Assembly (NCBI GenBank): GCA_963707025.1
Contig: CAVPOM010000007.1
Coordinates: 486,864-550,863, forward strand
DNA from: an uncultured Verrucomicrobiae bacterium
GTDB lineage: Bacteria; Verrucomicrobiota; Verrucomicrobiia; Limisphaerales; Palsa-1400
Direction of reading: 5' to 3'
Length of the DNA: 64,000 bases
Below are positions 42,273 through 51,966 of the stretch, one piece after another. Positions within the stretch are counted from its first letter, which is position 1; the number at the start of each line of letters is the position of its first letter. The position numbers and the translations under genes are program-made. The notes below the pieces were generated by a model. It was not told where the DNA came from and searched no databases. It was given only the letters and a program-made list of their open reading frames with translations.

Positions 42273-42988
42273 ATGATGAAACAAAAAGCCGGCGCCGCAG
42301 ACACCCGTGCTCTCGTGAATCGTCCGGGGGCGACAACGGATCAACCTCGGGAGGAGGAGCCGGGGAAAAGCGTCATTGAACTCAAGCTTGTCGCCGGGAA
42401 GGGAATCGAACCGGCGGTTGCGCTCTCCGCGAGCGAAAGAGGCGCGCTTGAAGCCTGCGAAGGGATTCTCGAACGAGGGCTAGGCACGTTTTTTGAGGTC
42501 GGCAATGCGCTCCTCACCATTCATGAAAGCCGGCTGTATCGCGATACTTATGCGACGTTCAAGCAGGTACCTGTGAGGACCGATGGAACATCGGCCGCTC
42601 ATACGCGTGGCGGGTGATGGGCGCAGCGGAACGACTGAAGCTGCTTCCCAGTAGCGATCACTTGCCGAAACCGGCCAACGAATTTCAGATGCGTCCCTTC
42701 CTCAAGCTGGCCCCGGAAGAGTTTCCCGGAGCGTGGAAGCGGGCAGTCAAAACGGCCAAGGAGGGAAAGGTAACGACACAGGTCGTTCAAGCCGTGATCC
42801 GTGAATTGCTGCCCAATAATGAGAAGCAAGCTGGAAAGAACGGGGAAACCAGCACATTGAAAGGCAAGTGGCCGAAAGGCCAGGTCCTGGTGCTGCTCAA
42901 TGAAACAAAACGGCAGATACAAAAAGGTGAGACCGAAAAGGCAGTGGCCGCGCTTGAGAAGATAGAGAGTTTGCTGTTCAAGGCATGA
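42273..42988 (+). CDS. DUF3102-like phage/ICE DNA-binding protein (frameshift near 42568)
   Basis: FFEVGNALLTIHESRLYR..YATF; removing two bases gives KQYCEDRWNIGRSYAWRVM, then PANEFQMRPF. Confidence 0.7.
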
Positions 42989-43227
42989 GGCAGCATCTGC
43001 TTTGATGATACATATATTGGTGAAACTGATAAAAGGGGCTGGCTCGACGGGCCAACGGGCCAGCCCCTTTACGACACCGGGCACGGGGTCACATCCTCAT
43101 GTATGTAGGCCCTGAAGTGGTGGAGGTATTGTTGACGGAAATTGCGGTGCAGTGGTAATCTGATTTGGCTGCCAGCGCGGGCCAAGTGCCCGGAATGCAC
43201 GACAGGCCTGTGCCCCACCTATGCGTG

Positions 43228-43599
43228 CTAGGACTCCAATTCTAATTGGTCGGCCACGCTTTCGATTGCAAACATGCCATTCAAGGCGCATGGAAAGCCG
43301 TAAAAAACTGATATTTGCAACGCCACCTCTGTCAGTTCTTCATGTGTGATCCCGGATTTCAGTGCCAATCGGGCCTGGACGAGCAACTGATTTTGCATCT
43401 GGCCAGAAACCATGAGAACCGCAATCGTCACGAGGAATCTTTCGCGGAGAGTGAGTTTATCGCGCTGGTAGATTTCCCCGTAGAGACGTTGAATCATGGG
43501 ATCAACCAACTCAGGCGACTTTTTGCTTAACTGGGCTATAGCACCAGCCATTACTGAATCGATCGAGTCGAGAAACTCCATCGGGGGTTTCTTATTCAT
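43228..43599 (-). CDS. Carboxymuconolactone decarboxylase (CMD/AhpD-like) family protein
   Basis: YGEIYQRDKLTLRERFLVTIA...ALKSGITHEELTEV...FYGFP. Confidence 0.85.
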   Translation of the reverse strand: MNKKPPMEFLDSIDSVMAGAIAQLSKKSPELVDPMIQRLYGEIYQRDKLTLRERFLVTIAVLMVSGQMQNQLLVQARLALKSGITHEELTEVALQISVFYGFPCALNGMFAIESVADQLELES

Positions 43600-43957
43600 G
43601 TCCTCAAAATAATCAAACATTTCAGGCCGTGCAAGCTTATTCTCCCCCAGTCTCTCAGACCAACAATCCATTCATGCACGACCCCCAAGTCCTCCGGCGG
43701 GCGCGCAAGCCACCATCGACTGCCGCATGGACTGTTCATTTGGTCACAAACTCGCTAAATGAATACAACTAATTCAACACATTCACCACATTAGTAATTG
43801 TGAAACCTTGTCGAAAGAGATCAAATGTCTTGACGATGCACTATGCAGATGTAATAAACTATAAAGTACACCTATCGAGTCGAGTTGGTCGGTAGCCGTG
43901 TGGTTGGTTAGTTTTTCTTGGAAAAGTTGATGTGATAAATATCGAAGTCACCTTAAA

Positions 43958-45148
43958 ATGCGATTTATGGCTCCAGCTTCTTTCCTGACTTGCTTTTGCA
44001 TGGGCGTCGCCTTTCTAGCCATTTCAAACGGGAGTCTGCAAGCACAGGAGGCGTCAAATGGCACCCAATCGCTCGACTTGACATTCGAATCATTTCTTGA
44101 ACACCCTCCGGAAATTGCGAGCGCCATTTGTCAGGAAACGGTTGATAACAGCATGCTGGATCCTGCACTTTCGACGAATTCTGTTGTGACAAGGCAGCCG
44201 AACGGGACCGGACCGATTCATAAACTCGGCAAATCGCAGATGCAGTTGATTACCAATAGTTTTACTTTTCTGGTTAAGTTTAAGTGGGATGGCACGAATT
44301 ATCTAATGTTCCAAAAGATGGACTCGGGACCTGGACAGTACAGAGGCAGGTTCAACGGGGTCTATTGGCACGGAATGGTAATTCCCTCAGGAAAGCCGGG
44401 CGCGGGGCGTGTTCCGATCACACTCATTGATCCTCAGATCAATCCACCGGGTTTTCGCCAGCAACAAATCGCCAAGGCCATGGACAACGTCAATTCGTTC
44501 GTCAATTTAGGATTTCCAGCGATCGATCCGGGCAGCCTTGTTTGGGATAAGGATAACCATCGCTTCTCTGCATCTTTCCATCGGTTTTCTGGCAATGCGG
44601 TATCTCCCCAGCGCGCCACCAACAATGGCAGCCTTATTGGTGTCAATATCACTGATTCTCAACAGCACGGGACAATGACCGCTGAACTCAAATATGAGAA
44701 CGAAGTGCCGGTAATGGCTGTGGTACGTCAGCAGGTTGCAGGGAATGACTCTGAATACACAATAAATTATACATACAGCCCGGATTTTCACCTAGGGAGA
44801 TTTCCCGTCGAGTACACTTCTGGAAACCACAGGGTACACTATCAGGAACTAATCCTTGTATCAGGGCCAATCCAGAAGGCCGACTTTGATCCTCAAGTTG
44901 CGCTGAAAGGCAAAATAGCGGGCCAGACCTTTTGGTCCAATGGTCTCACATATTATCACAATCCATCGTTGGGGGTTCTGAAGATGCCAACTACTGAAGA
45001 TTACATGGCTATGCTGGCAAGGCAAAATAGAACTGCTGTAATTGGTAGGATGGCGATTTTCATCCTCCTCATGTGCCCTGCTATCTATTGGTTTTACGCG
45101 TCTCGAAAGACGAAGTTGCACTCAAACCCTAAAAACAAAAACAAATGA
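43958..45148 (+). CDS. Secreted beta-rich protein with C-terminal TM anchor (module B)
   Basis: Signal ending LQA; C-terminal RMAIFILLMCPAIYWFY plus basic tail. Confidence 0.75.
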   Translation: MRFMAPASFLTCFCMGVAFLAISNGSLQAQEASNGTQSLDLTFESFLEHPPEIASAICQETVDNSMLDPALSTNSVVTRQPNGTGPIHKLGKSQMQLITNSFTFLVKFKWDGTNYLMFQKMDSGPGQYRGRFNGVYWHGMVIPSGKPGAGRVPITLIDPQINPPGFRQQQIAKAMDNVNSFVNLGFPAIDPGSLVWDKDNHRFSASFHRFSGNAVSPQRATNNGSLIGVNITDSQQHGTMTAELKYENEVPVMAVVRQQVAGNDSEYTINYTYSPDFHLGRFPVEYTSGNHRVHYQELILVSGPIQKADFDPQVALKGKIAGQTFWSNGLTYYHNPSLGVLKMPTTEDYMAMLARQNRTAVIGRMAIFILLMCPAIYWFYASRKTKLHSNPKNKNK

Positions 45149-45522
45149 AAATTACTAAACAAATAAGAAAAGCTCTCATAAAACTTCTAGGCGGCTTAGT
45201 CATTGCTGTGAGTTTAACAGCTAGTGCCTGCGATTGGCCATATAATCACTATTGTGGATACGAAACGGATTCCTATACATTTCCCGGCTGCGCTACGCCA
45301 GTAATATTTACCGTTTACTTTTATAATTTAAATTGTCTATACGGTCCCTCGACCTATGGATTTAGTCACAGTGTTTTAGGATCAGAACAGTGTGTTTCAG
45401 CTTATTATACCTATACCCTTGTAGATCCGTGCAACCCCAACATCACTGTGACTTTCAAAAACGCTCACACTCCACCCGAAGCGACCGCCATTTGTAAGGG
45501 TGGAGGCGAATGTCAAGGATGA
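45145..45522 (+). CDS. Secreted Cys/Tyr-rich miniprotein (module B)
   Basis: Signal ending ASA; 97-aa mature region with 8 Cys and 11 Tyr; ATGA overlap with the upstream gene. Confidence 0.75.
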   Translation: MKITKQIRKALIKLLGGLVIAVSLTASACDWPYNHYCGYETDSYTFPGCATPVIFTVYFYNLNCLYGPSTYGFSHSVLGSEQCVSAYYTYTLVDPCNPNITVTFKNAHTPPEATAICKGGGECQG

Positions 45523-45656
45523 GGATGTGCTGAAGGGTGTTCAACATAGAACAGATAAGTTGACGTGCCCCTATCAAGGCCACGCAGGATGAACACTCCC
45601 TTGATACAATTTGTATATTGATCCACGGTATAAGAACAAGTGGCGGTCAAAGTTCT

Positions 45657-46139
45657 ATGCGAACGAGGTTAATCTGGTCTTTTATCAAGTCCGCAGGGCT
45701 ATTTTTATTGCTTACGGCGATGGCAAAACTCCTGAGTGCAGCTGGTAGCGGGCGGTTATTAAACGTGCTTGATCCAATTTTCTTGATTCCGTACCGCTAC
45801 TTATTTGTATTGTTAGGGTTTGTGGAGCTTGGTATCGCGTTGCTATGTCTGTTTGGCACGCAAATAAAGCTGCAAGCTGCGAATTTGGCCTGGCTGTCTA
45901 CTGGATTCATAGTCTATCGTGTATTGTTGGTTTATGTGCGTTATCCACAACTGTGTCCGTGCATGGGTACACTAACAGATGCACTCCATATCCCACCTGG
46001 CACGGCCGATTTAGTTATGAAAATAGTGCTCGGCTACATTTTCGTTGGAAGTTATATTACACTATATTCACTTTTGAGACGGCGCTCTGAAACAGCCAAG
46101 CGCGAGTGGATGGCAGTTGCTGGTTCCGGTTCAAACTAA
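45657..46139 (+). CDS. MauE/DoxX-family membrane protein (module B)
   Basis: Clear paralogue of 36034..36489 (DPIFLIP.RYLF, AWL...F.VYRV, CPC.G). Confidence 0.8.
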   Translation: MRTRLIWSFIKSAGLFLLLTAMAKLLSAAGSGRLLNVLDPIFLIPYRYLFVLLGFVELGIALLCLFGTQIKLQAANLAWLSTGFIVYRVLLVYVRYPQLCPCMGTLTDALHIPPGTADLVMKIVLGYIFVGSYITLYSLLRRRSETAKREWMAVAGSGSN

Positions 46140-46186
46140 GTTCTAGGCGTTCTTGCCACTGCAATCCGTCGGCCATATCTATCCAT

Positions 46187-47695
46187 ATGAACTCTGTGAA
46201 TTTTGAAGAAAGGCTTCGTGAACTTGAGGAATTGCGCGAGGTTGGTGATATTACAAAGGCCTTGATCGGGTTCAAGAAAATACTGAATACGTGGCCGCGT
46301 GAGGTTCAGGCTTGGCTGGCGTATGGTCGTCTCCTCTATGGAATTGGTCAAATTAGTGCCGCCGAACAAGCATGGCAACACGTAAAGAAACTTCAACCAT
46401 GCAATTCGAAACTCCTGGTTGACCTTGGCCACCTATACTCGAGCCTGCGTCAGCCCGAGAAAGCGAGGACCTGTTTTGAAGAAGCCAAAGCCGCCGATCC
46501 AACTGCTATTGATCCGCGTATTTCCATTGCCTTGCAAGAGGAGAAAAATCATCGCTTCCATGAAGCCCGCGAGGCTGTTGAACAATGTTTTCTCATAGAC
46601 TCTGCCGGTGAGCAGGCGCGGTACGTTTCTGCCTTACTGTGCCATCGGGAAAATAAACTCGAACAATCTGAGGACCAACTCCGCGCTTTGATTGATTCCG
46701 GCCCAAAACATGAATACGTCCGTTATGCGGCGCGCTACGAATTGGCTCAAATACTCGACCGGTCTGGTCGCTTTGAAGAGGCAATGCTCCATCTCAACGA
46801 GGCAAAGAATCTGGTTGCCGCCCTGGCGGATGCGAAGATCCTCACAAAACGCCAAGAATCCGCCGCGAGTTCCCGACTGCGCAAAGCCAAGGCGTATCCT
46901 AAGAGCATTCTCCACACATGGAGCAAAATGTTTCCTGAAAAAATCAGAAAGCAAATTCCGCCCTTTGCATTTCTTGGCGGGCATCCGCGCAGTGGTACCA
47001 CCCTGCTTGAACAAGTACTGGGATCCCACCCGGAAGTTGCGGCGATTGATGAGCCTTTGGTGATAGGAATCGCGGCGACCGCAAGCAATGCAGCATCGTG
47101 GGGATTCTCAAGCGCACGCCTCAATGTAGCTCGACAGCGCTACATTGAAGCGCTTCATAGGTCACTCGGCGTTGATCCTGATGGCAGACTGCTCCTAGAA
47201 AAAAACCCTTCGCCAACCGCAATGCTCCCCGAGTTGCTGAGAGTTTTTCCGGAATTACGTGTGATAATTGCCATTCGAGATCCAAGAGATGTCGTTCTTA
47301 GCTGCTACTTTCAAAATATCCCCCTAAATCAAGTAATTGCCACATGGCTCTCGTTGGAAGGGTTGGCTAAATATTACGTGCATTTGATGGAGGTCTGGCT
47401 CGCAGTCCGCGAATGGGAAGGATTTTCCTGGATTGAAACAAAATATGAGGACATCGTAACAGACCTAGAATCAGAGGGGCGTCGCGTCACCCAGTTTCTC
47501 GGTCTGCAATGGCATGAGAATCAAAGAATGTTCTTCGAAGGCGCAAAAAAAAGGCGCCTTTACTCGCCAACATATCATGACGTAACCCAACCTGTTTATT
47601 CGCGTTCGGTGGCTCGCTGGCGCAACTACGAGAAATATCTGGAACCGATATTGCCTGTCCTGGAACCGTATTGCCGCGCGTTTGGATATTCATAG
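46187..47695 (+). CDS. TPR-containing sulfotransferase (Sulfotransfer_3 / TPST-like)
   Basis: N-terminal TPRs; GHPRSGTTLLEQVLGSHP, EKNP, RDPRDVVLS and YEDIV. Confidence 0.9.
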   Translation: MNSVNFEERLRELEELREVGDITKALIGFKKILNTWPREVQAWLAYGRLLYGIGQISAAEQAWQHVKKLQPCNSKLLVDLGHLYSSLRQPEKARTCFEEAKAADPTAIDPRISIALQEEKNHRFHEAREAVEQCFLIDSAGEQARYVSALLCHRENKLEQSEDQLRALIDSGPKHEYVRYAARYELAQILDRSGRFEEAMLHLNEAKNLVAALADAKILTKRQESAASSRLRKAKAYPKSILHTWSKMFPEKIRKQIPPFAFLGGHPRSGTTLLEQVLGSHPEVAAIDEPLVIGIAATASNAASWGFSSARLNVARQRYIEALHRSLGVDPDGRLLLEKNPSPTAMLPELLRVFPELRVIIAIRDPRDVVLSCYFQNIPLNQVIATWLSLEGLAKYYVHLMEVWLAVREWEGFSWIETKYEDIVTDLESEGRRVTQFLGLQWHENQRMFFEGAKKRRLYSPTYHDVTQPVYSRSVARWRNYEKYLEPILPVLEPYCRAFGYS

Positions 47696-47892
47696 GTCGG
47701 AAGATGTACACAGGAGGCCGATGAGACAGGAAAGAAAACCGCAATCCGTTAATATTGGCGCAGCCAAAGCCGCCACAATCTCCCTGAGTTCACTGCTGGA
47801 TTTGCAATGTTGTGCGGCAATTCGGCAGCGCAGCGAAGTATGCTATGGGAAGTGATTTCAGTTGATTACAATAATTTGGTTCGGAGGCCTAA

Positions 47893-49287
47893 ATGATGCA
47901 AGCCATCAAATGTTCTAAGCGAGCGCTATTCATGCTGTGGTTTCTCATAGCGTTAGCATACTGTTATATGCACCAAGTCCATTTCGACAATCCAATGGCG
48001 CGGTCGCGTCTTGATTTGCTCCACGCGCTCGTTACCAAACATACATTCTCCATTGACGCGTACCAATGGAACACCGAAGACAAGTCCTTTGCTAATGGGC
48101 ATTTCTACTGTGATAAAGCCCCCGGAGTAGTTCTTCTCGCGCTTCCGTGGTTTTACCTTTCGTCAAAAATTCTACCCGCTATTGGAGTCCCACTGGAGTC
48201 CCCAGATGGAAGCTTTGTGTCGAGTTGGATTTCCACTGCCGGTTCAGTTGGAGTCATCACCGCTCTGGGCTGCGTATTTCTGTATTTATTTCTCCAGGAA
48301 ATAATTCCGGCCCGATCAGCTCTTCTTTGCACCTTTGTAATGGCCTTCGGGTCAATGGCATTTGCATATGCCACTATGTTGCTTTCTCATGGAATGGTTA
48401 TCGGGTTGATCTGTATAGCATTATGGTGTTTGGTGCCGCCGCCCACTACCTTGGGGTCTGATCCTGCCGCAGAGGGGAGGTCATTTAACATCAGAATCGT
48501 TGGAGGCGGCTTTGCCTGCGGTTTGGCGATTGCATGCGAGTATGACTCCGCCCTGGTCGTGGGTGGCATTGTAATCGTCTTGCTGTTGCGGAATTGCAAC
48601 CGGGCAAGTGCTGCAATTACGGGTGCCGTCCCTCCCTTACTACTCATTCCCATCTACAATTGGATATGTCTTGGGACTCCATTTTCCTTACCTTACGGCC
48701 ATGAAGCGATTTTCAAAGAGATGAACACTGGACTTTATGGAATTCATTATCCCCAGACTGAGAATTGTATTTGGCTGCTTTTCAGTCCACAGCGCGGGTT
48801 GTTCTTTTGGACACCATTTTTGCTGCTGGCTTTTATCGGCTACCCCTTTTTATATCGTAGCTCTCCGTCGCTTTTTTGGCTTTGCTACTTGTTGCCGATA
48901 CTTCAGGTTGTTGTAATGTCTGGCTATTACACTGTTAACGCAGGTCAAACACTAGGGCCGCGTTTTCTTTCGCCTATCGTGCCATTGCTGATTATTCCGG
49001 CTGGGATCGCCGCGGCTAAATTGCCATGGATAGGGTTTCCCTGCGCAATTTTGTCAATCATTGAGATGGCCGGGGCAACCATGGTGGACGCAAGGTCACC
49101 TGCCCTTGCTACCGTCCTGGATGATAAAGTCATTACTTACTACATTTTGGAGTTTCAGAAAGGCACGGTGTCCCACAATCTTGGAGCCTTGATCGGACTT
49201 AAGCCACATTGGCAGATGGTACCATTAATTCTGACAATTGTAGTTGGAAGCTGCTTCTTAGCAAGACATCCTGCAAAAGAACATTGA
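47893..49287 (+). CDS. GT-C-fold multi-pass membrane glycosyltransferase-like protein
   Basis: DKSFANGHFYCDKAPG, LLFSPQRGLFFWTP and GPRFL. Confidence 0.7.
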   Translation: MMQAIKCSKRALFMLWFLIALAYCYMHQVHFDNPMARSRLDLLHALVTKHTFSIDAYQWNTEDKSFANGHFYCDKAPGVVLLALPWFYLSSKILPAIGVPLESPDGSFVSSWISTAGSVGVITALGCVFLYLFLQEIIPARSALLCTFVMAFGSMAFAYATMLLSHGMVIGLICIALWCLVPPPTTLGSDPAAEGRSFNIRIVGGGFACGLAIACEYDSALVVGGIVIVLLLRNCNRASAAITGAVPPLLLIPIYNWICLGTPFSLPYGHEAIFKEMNTGLYGIHYPQTENCIWLLFSPQRGLFFWTPFLLLAFIGYPFLYRSSPSLFWLCYLLPILQVVVMSGYYTVNAGQTLGPRFLSPIVPLLIIPAGIAAAKLPWIGFPCAILSIIEMAGATMVDARSPALATVLDDKVITYYILEFQKGTVSHNLGALIGLKPHWQMVPLILTIVVGSCFLARHPAKEH

Positions 49288-49347
49288 CGGATTGAGAGCA
49301 CGGTGATCGAAATGAGAATTTATGACGATTGGACAACTGGAATCCAG

Positions 49348-50118
49348 ATGACAAAAGAGACAAAACCCAATTTCTTCATTATCGGTGCAGCGAAAGCCGC
49401 CACCACCTCTTTAAGTTCATTGCTGGAGTCCCATTCTGAGGCGGCAATTGGCCAACGTAAAGAACCGCACTTCTTCTCCAATGACCGATTTTACAGATTG
49501 GGCTGGAAGGAATACCTGAAGCTTTTTAGTCATTGTCGCGACGAAAGGGCGATCGGCGACGCGTCCACATCCTACTCTCGAATTCGCTACTACCCCTTAA
49601 CAGTAGAACGCATTGCGAAACACGTACCTGACGCGAAAATAATTTACATGGTGCGGCACCCACTTAAACGCATGGAATCCGCCTACGTTGAGCATTTATG
49701 CAGCCCCGCCGGTCAAGTGTTCGCCTCCGTCAATGATGCTGTGAGACGACAGCCAATGATCGTGGATTCTAGTCGCTATTGGGAGGTATTCGACGCCTAC
49801 AGGGAAAAATTCAATGAATCGAGGATCAAGATCGTCTGGTTTGAAGATTACATTACTAACTCAGGTGGCGTGTTTCGGGAGGTGTGTCGCTTTCTGGAAA
49901 TTGATGACTCGGTGATCCCTGATTTTGGGCGCGAGCGCACCAACAGTCGGGAGAACGCTTCAATTCGAATGGCGCGGCTCGGACGGAGCAATGTTGAAGT
50001 GAATACTATCTGGGATATGGAGACACGACAGTGGGTGATGAACCAGATTCGCGAAGATAACTGCCGTTTTCTTGCTCACTTCGGCCGGCCGCAGGATTAC
50101 TGGGGCAACCTCTTCTGA
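49348..50118 (+). CDS. PAPS-dependent sulfotransferase (carbohydrate-type)
   Basis: PNFFIIGAAKAATTSL, KEPHFF, GDASTSY and KIIYMVRHPLKRMES. Confidence 0.9.
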   Translation: MTKETKPNFFIIGAAKAATTSLSSLLESHSEAAIGQRKEPHFFSNDRFYRLGWKEYLKLFSHCRDERAIGDASTSYSRIRYYPLTVERIAKHVPDAKIIYMVRHPLKRMESAYVEHLCSPAGQVFASVNDAVRRQPMIVDSSRYWEVFDAYREKFNESRIKIVWFEDYITNSGGVFREVCRFLEIDDSVIPDFGRERTNSRENASIRMARLGRSNVEVNTIWDMETRQWVMNQIREDNCRFLAHFGRPQDYWGNLF

Positions 50119-50200
50119 TGGGATGGTGGTTTCGCGGTGTCAAAAAGGTTCGGAACCGAGAAGCGGAGCCGACACTGGCGACAATCAGATTTCGGTTAAC

Positions 50201-50665
50201 ATGAATGTGATTCGGAGAATTTTGGAAGCGAGGCGTGCGAGCCCCTCTATGGTACTACTGTTAAAGCGCTATTTTCGCTTTGGCGTCGTCGGAGCCAGCG
50301 GTATTGCGGTGGATATGGCCACGCTGTTCGTTTTGGCGGACCCCCGAATGTTAGGGCTTAATTTGTCGTTGAGCAAGGTTCTAGCGGCGGAGATTGCCAT
50401 TTTCGGAAACTTCATATGGAACGAACTGTGGACGTTTCGCGACTTGGCCGTGGATAATTCGTGGACGGCTCGAATCTCGCGATTTGGTAAGTTTAATCTG
50501 ATTTGTCTAGCTGGCATCGGTTTGAGCGTCGCGCTCCTCAACTTCGAGACGCGCTGTTTTCAGATGAACATGTATCTTGGAAATCTGCTGGCCATTTTGT
50601 TGGTGAGCGTGTGGAATTTTGGTATGAACCTGAGGTTCGGATGGAGCAAAAAGCCCAATTCATGA
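50201..50665 (+). CDS. gtrA: GtrA-family flippase-like protein
   Basis: FRFGVVGASGIAVD...NFIWNELWTF...WNF. Confidence 0.85.
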   Translation: MNVIRRILEARRASPSMVLLLKRYFRFGVVGASGIAVDMATLFVLADPRMLGLNLSLSKVLAAEIAIFGNFIWNELWTFRDLAVDNSWTARISRFGKFNLICLAGIGLSVALLNFETRCFQMNMYLGNLLAILLVSVWNFGMNLRFGWSKKPNS

Positions 50666-51966
50666 CAAACATGGATTCTTCCCGTCAGGACTGTGTGACC
50701 TCGTGGACTCTAGTTGCCAATTGGGTCTCGCGGAACCGGTTGGCAGCGGCCTATCTTATCGTTGTGCTCAGTTGGTTCCTGCTCCTGCCCTCTCTTTTTG
50801 ACGGATATCAGCAGGGGGACATCGCGATCTACGAAGCAGATGCCAACAGCCTTATGCAAGGGCGAATGCCTTACCGCGATACGCTCGTGGAATATCCCCC
50901 TTACGCCATCCCCATTTTTCTGGTCCCGCGGATGTTTGGGAGCGACAACTATCTCGATGCCTTCAGGATGCTGGCCGCTTTGTGCGATTTGCTGATCAGG
51001 GGCGGTTTGTTGTGGGCCGGAATGCGGTACGCCAACCCATCGCGTTCCCTGCTGCCGCTCATCTGCTACTGCGCGTCCGTGCCGTTTCTCCGTTTCTTCT
51101 TGCTACAACGGTTTGATCTTTGGCCAGCCCTCGTCTGTGTGGCCGCGTTGTTGGTGTTCTGTGCGGACAAACCGGGATGGTCGGGCCTGGCGATCGCCAT
51201 CGGCATCGGGGTAAAGGTTTTTCCCGGCGTTTTCGTACCGCCCCTCTTTATTTTGGCATTGCGTCAGAGGAAGGCGCGGCGGTTTACAGCCGGTTTGATC
51301 GCCGGCCTGTCGCCGATTCTATTGCTGAGTTTTTTTGTGCCGTGGTGGCGTTTTGCCCAATTCCAAGGGGCGCGCGGGCTGCAATGCGAATCTCTCGCGG
51401 CCTCGCTCATTTGGGGCCTAAAGCACCTTGGCTTGACAGATGCCTCGTGGGTGAGAGTCAAACGGTGGACAGAGGTTCAAGGAGCCTTGGCCTCGGTGCT
51501 TCTACCGTGGGCCAGGACGCTGTTCATCGCTGCAGTGATTTTTTCTGTCGTAATAGCTTCCTGTGCCGCAGCCCGTTGCCAGAAACCTTCGATTGGGAGG
51601 GTGGCGCGATTACTGCTGGGGCCTCTGCTCGCGTTTGTGGCATTCAACCAAGTTTTCAGCCCACAGTTTATGATCTGGCTGCTGCCACTGGCGGCACTTG
51701 GGACATTGGAGGGCAATTTTGGGATTGTTCTGGGGATTCCGCTGGCGACTGTGTTTACGCCGGTCATTTTTCCTTCCTTCGGCGGAGATTACAGTAGAGG
51801 TTTGAATTCGCTAGAAACGATCGTCCTGATCGCGCGGAATCTTATTCTCGTGGCGATTTGGTGGCTGCTGATCAAGGAACAATGGCGAATATGTCGAAAT
51901 GGGGATCCGGAAAAAACTCAGGCTGGCGTTCGTGCAAACTGCTTCACCGGGCTAACACAAGTTTAA
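50662..51966 (+). CDS. GT87/DUF2029-like membrane glycosyltransferase, copy 1
   Basis: PYRDTLVEYPP, RFDLWPA, KVFP, RGLQCES and VFSPQFMIWL. Confidence 0.85.
   Translation: MTNMDSSRQDCVTSWTLVANWVSRNRLAAAYLIVVLSWFLLLPSLFDGYQQGDIAIYEADANSLMQGRMPYRDTLVEYPPYAIPIFLVPRMFGSDNYLDAFRMLAALCDLLIRGGLLWAGMRYANPSRSLLPLICYCASVPFLRFFLLQRFDLWPALVCVAALLVFCADKPGWSGLAIAIGIGVKVFPGVFVPPLFILALRQRKARRFTAGLIAGLSPILLLSFFVPWWRFAQFQGARGLQCESLAASLIWGLKHLGLTDASWVRVKRWTEVQGALASVLLPWARTLFIAAVIFSVVIASCAAARCQKPSIGRVARLLLGPLLAFVAFNQVFSPQFMIWLLPLAALGTLEGNFGIVLGIPLATVFTPVIFPSFGGDYSRGLNSLETIVLIARNLILVAIWWLLIKEQWRICRNGDPEKTQAGVRANCFTGLTQV

Noticed and set aside
36034..46139. Methylamine utilisation (mau) cluster
   Set aside because: No MauA/B/D/G-like genes are recognisable; only the MauE-like domain is present.
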